This document shows, one piece after another, positions 38,604 through 39,729 of a DNA stretch of 39,729 bases (the stretch's first letter is position 1; each line of letters opens with the position of its first letter). Both the position numbers and the translations under genes were made by a program. Origin of the DNA: a virus; IMG/VR virus record IMGVR_UViG_3300028831_000290, positions 1 to 39,729 of that record; one strand, 5' to 3'. Under the pieces are notes generated by a model. The model made no database searches. It was not told where the DNA came from and saw only the letters and a list, made by a program, of their open reading frames with translations.

Positions 38604-39729
38604 ATGCCCACCAACGCAAACGCCGCCGGTGTCTGGACAGCACAGTCCAAGAATAACGCCAAGTTCGGCCGCCAGCTCATGCAAATGCTGTTCGAGAACA
38701 ACGACGGCACACCTCTGAATGGCACCCGATCCGGCGTGGTCGCCACGACCGGACTCACGCTGATGTCCGATCTGCTCGTGTACAACGTCGTCGGGCTCAG
38801 CATGGACGTCGCGCCCGGATGGGGCCTCGCCCACCGTGCCGGTCAAGGTCCGTACCCGGGCTGCCTGGACGCTGTCGTGACGGTGACATGCGATCCGGCG
38901 CCGGCGTCGAACCCGCGTAACGACCTGGTGATCATGCGGATGTACGATGCCGCACTCGGCGACACTCCGCCAGGCGGGCAGCCGTGCCGTATCGAGATCA
39001 TCACCGGCACACCGGCCGCGTCGCCGCTGGACCCGATGACGCCCAACGCACTCGGTGTGCTCACCGGGTTCACCGACGGCGCCGGTGGTGTCGGCATCCC
39101 GCTGGCCCGTGCCCGGGTGTCGACGACCGGCGTGATCACCCTGACTCCGATCCGCCGGGCGGCCAGCCTCGTCGGTGGTCCGCGCGTGCTCCTCGAAGGT
39201 GACGTCGACAACGGCGGACGGGTGGGTCACTTCCGGTACAACGCGAGTACTGATGTGCTGGAAATCAAACGCAGTGACGGCAGCTGGTACCCCATCCCGA
39301 CGGGCACGTCCGGGATTGTCGGATCGATGGTCGGCGACTCGGGATTGATCACAACGGACGCACCGAGCGCGTGGGCTAGCGGCACCAAAGTGCTGTCCAA
39401 TGTGGTCACCAGCTTTTCGGCGGTATCGGGTGGCAAATACGAGGTCGTCGCCGACGTCAACTGGACCTGTGCGACGGCGTCCAACCAGGACGCGCTGGGT
39501 ATCGTGTGGCGATCGGGTGCCGGCCTGGTGGCCACGGACGCGCTCGCCGGCTACAAGGGCCCGCGCACGCACCCGGACGGCACGGGCTACAACACCATCA
39601 CCCTGTACGGCACGTTCACCGCAGTGAGTACCGGCACCCACAACGTCGGCGTGATCGGCTGGAAGCCCACTGGCAACACCGGGTCCTCGCAGATTCGGGC
39701 CAACGCGTCCGGCTGGGCGGCCAACCGTA
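38604..39729 (+). CDS. Minor tail protein, 5' part (full length 382 aa after wrapping to 142..164)
   Basis: GGAGAAACC precedes ATG 38604. The frame is open to the window end and is absent from the ORF track because there is no in-window stop. Confidence 0.8.
   Translation, partial: MPTNANAAGVWTAQSKNNAKFGRQLMQMLFENNDGTPLNGTRSGVVATTGLTLMSDLLVYNVVGLSMDVAPGWGLAHRAGQGPYPGCLDAVVTVTCDPAPASNPRNDLVIMRMYDAALGDTPPGGQPCRIEIITGTPAASPLDPMTPNALGVLTGFTDGAGGVGIPLARARVSTTGVITLTPIRRAASLVGGPRVLLEGDVDNGGRVGHFRYNASTDVLEIKRSDGSWYPIPTGTSGIVGSMVGDSGLITTDAPSAWASGTKVLSNVVTSFSAVSGGKYEVVADVNWTCATASNQDALGIVWRSGAGLVATDALAGYKGPRTHPDGTGYNTITLYGTFTAVSTGTHNVGVIGWKPTGNTGSSQIRANASGWAANR
39589..39729. repeat. Terminal direct repeat copy 2, identical to 1..141
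   Basis: 141/141 identity checked by eye. Confidence 0.95.

Noticed and set aside
1-39729. Integrase, CI/Cro-type immunity pair, partition genes, tRNAs and transposases
   Set aside because: I looked for tyrosine and serine recombinase-sized ORFs and motifs on both strands and found none. The only excisionase-like HTH (15367..15657) heads the replication operon. The lifestyle therefore cannot be called temperate from this sequence.

Overview
This high-GC window (about two-thirds to 70% G+C by eye, not computed) is a complete, circularly closed genome of a siphovirus-type actinobacteriophage. Bases 1..141 are repeated exactly at 39589..39729, so the unit length is 39,588 bp. The repeat splits one minor-tail gene, which reads in frame across the junction. 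Almost all gene junctions are stop/start overlaps (ATGA, TGATG, GTGA, TAATG). I used these, SD sites and G/C-rich third codon positions to choose among the many antisense shadow ORFs. There are three transcription blocks. (1) A rightward late block starts near 20.1 kb and wraps through the window end to 4.15 kb. It holds terminase small and large subunits, an accessory island, portal, a MuF/prohead-protease/scaffold fusion, a GT-B glycosyltransferase, HK97-type capsid, connectors, major tail, G/GT chaperones with a -1 frameshift, tape measure, Dit, three minor tail proteins and a lysis cassette. (2) A leftward block runs from 15.66 kb to 4.2 kb. It holds an HTH protein, family A DNA polymerase, SF2 helicase and RecB-type exonuclease, then an accessory tail of small membrane and secreted proteins, a C5 DNA methyltransferase, two GT-A glycosyltransferases and Cys-rich mini-proteins. 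(3) A rightward early block runs from 15.7 to 19.8 kb. It holds an Hjc-like resolvase, three paralogous XRE-type HTH proteins and a prim-pol/helicase. Blocks 2 and 3 diverge from one face-to-face promoter pair. Blocks 1 and 2 converge on a perfect 15-bp bidirectional terminator. I found no integrase, tRNA, rRNA, CRISPR array or transposase. The most unusual content is listed here. First, a translationally coupled methyltransferase/glycosyltransferase cassette is interleaved with minimal 4x CXXCXGXG zinc-finger mini-proteins that fall below the ORF-track cutoff. Second, a third glycosyltransferase sits inside the head module. Third, a 45-aa membrane-protein gene has its SD and AUG complementary to its own 3' coding region. 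Fourth, a dense GAGACCAC motif cluster lies between the replication and packaging genes. Fifth, a TACA(C/G)T promoter-like motif family recurs in intergenic regions. All functions are inferred from motifs read by eye. No database search was run.
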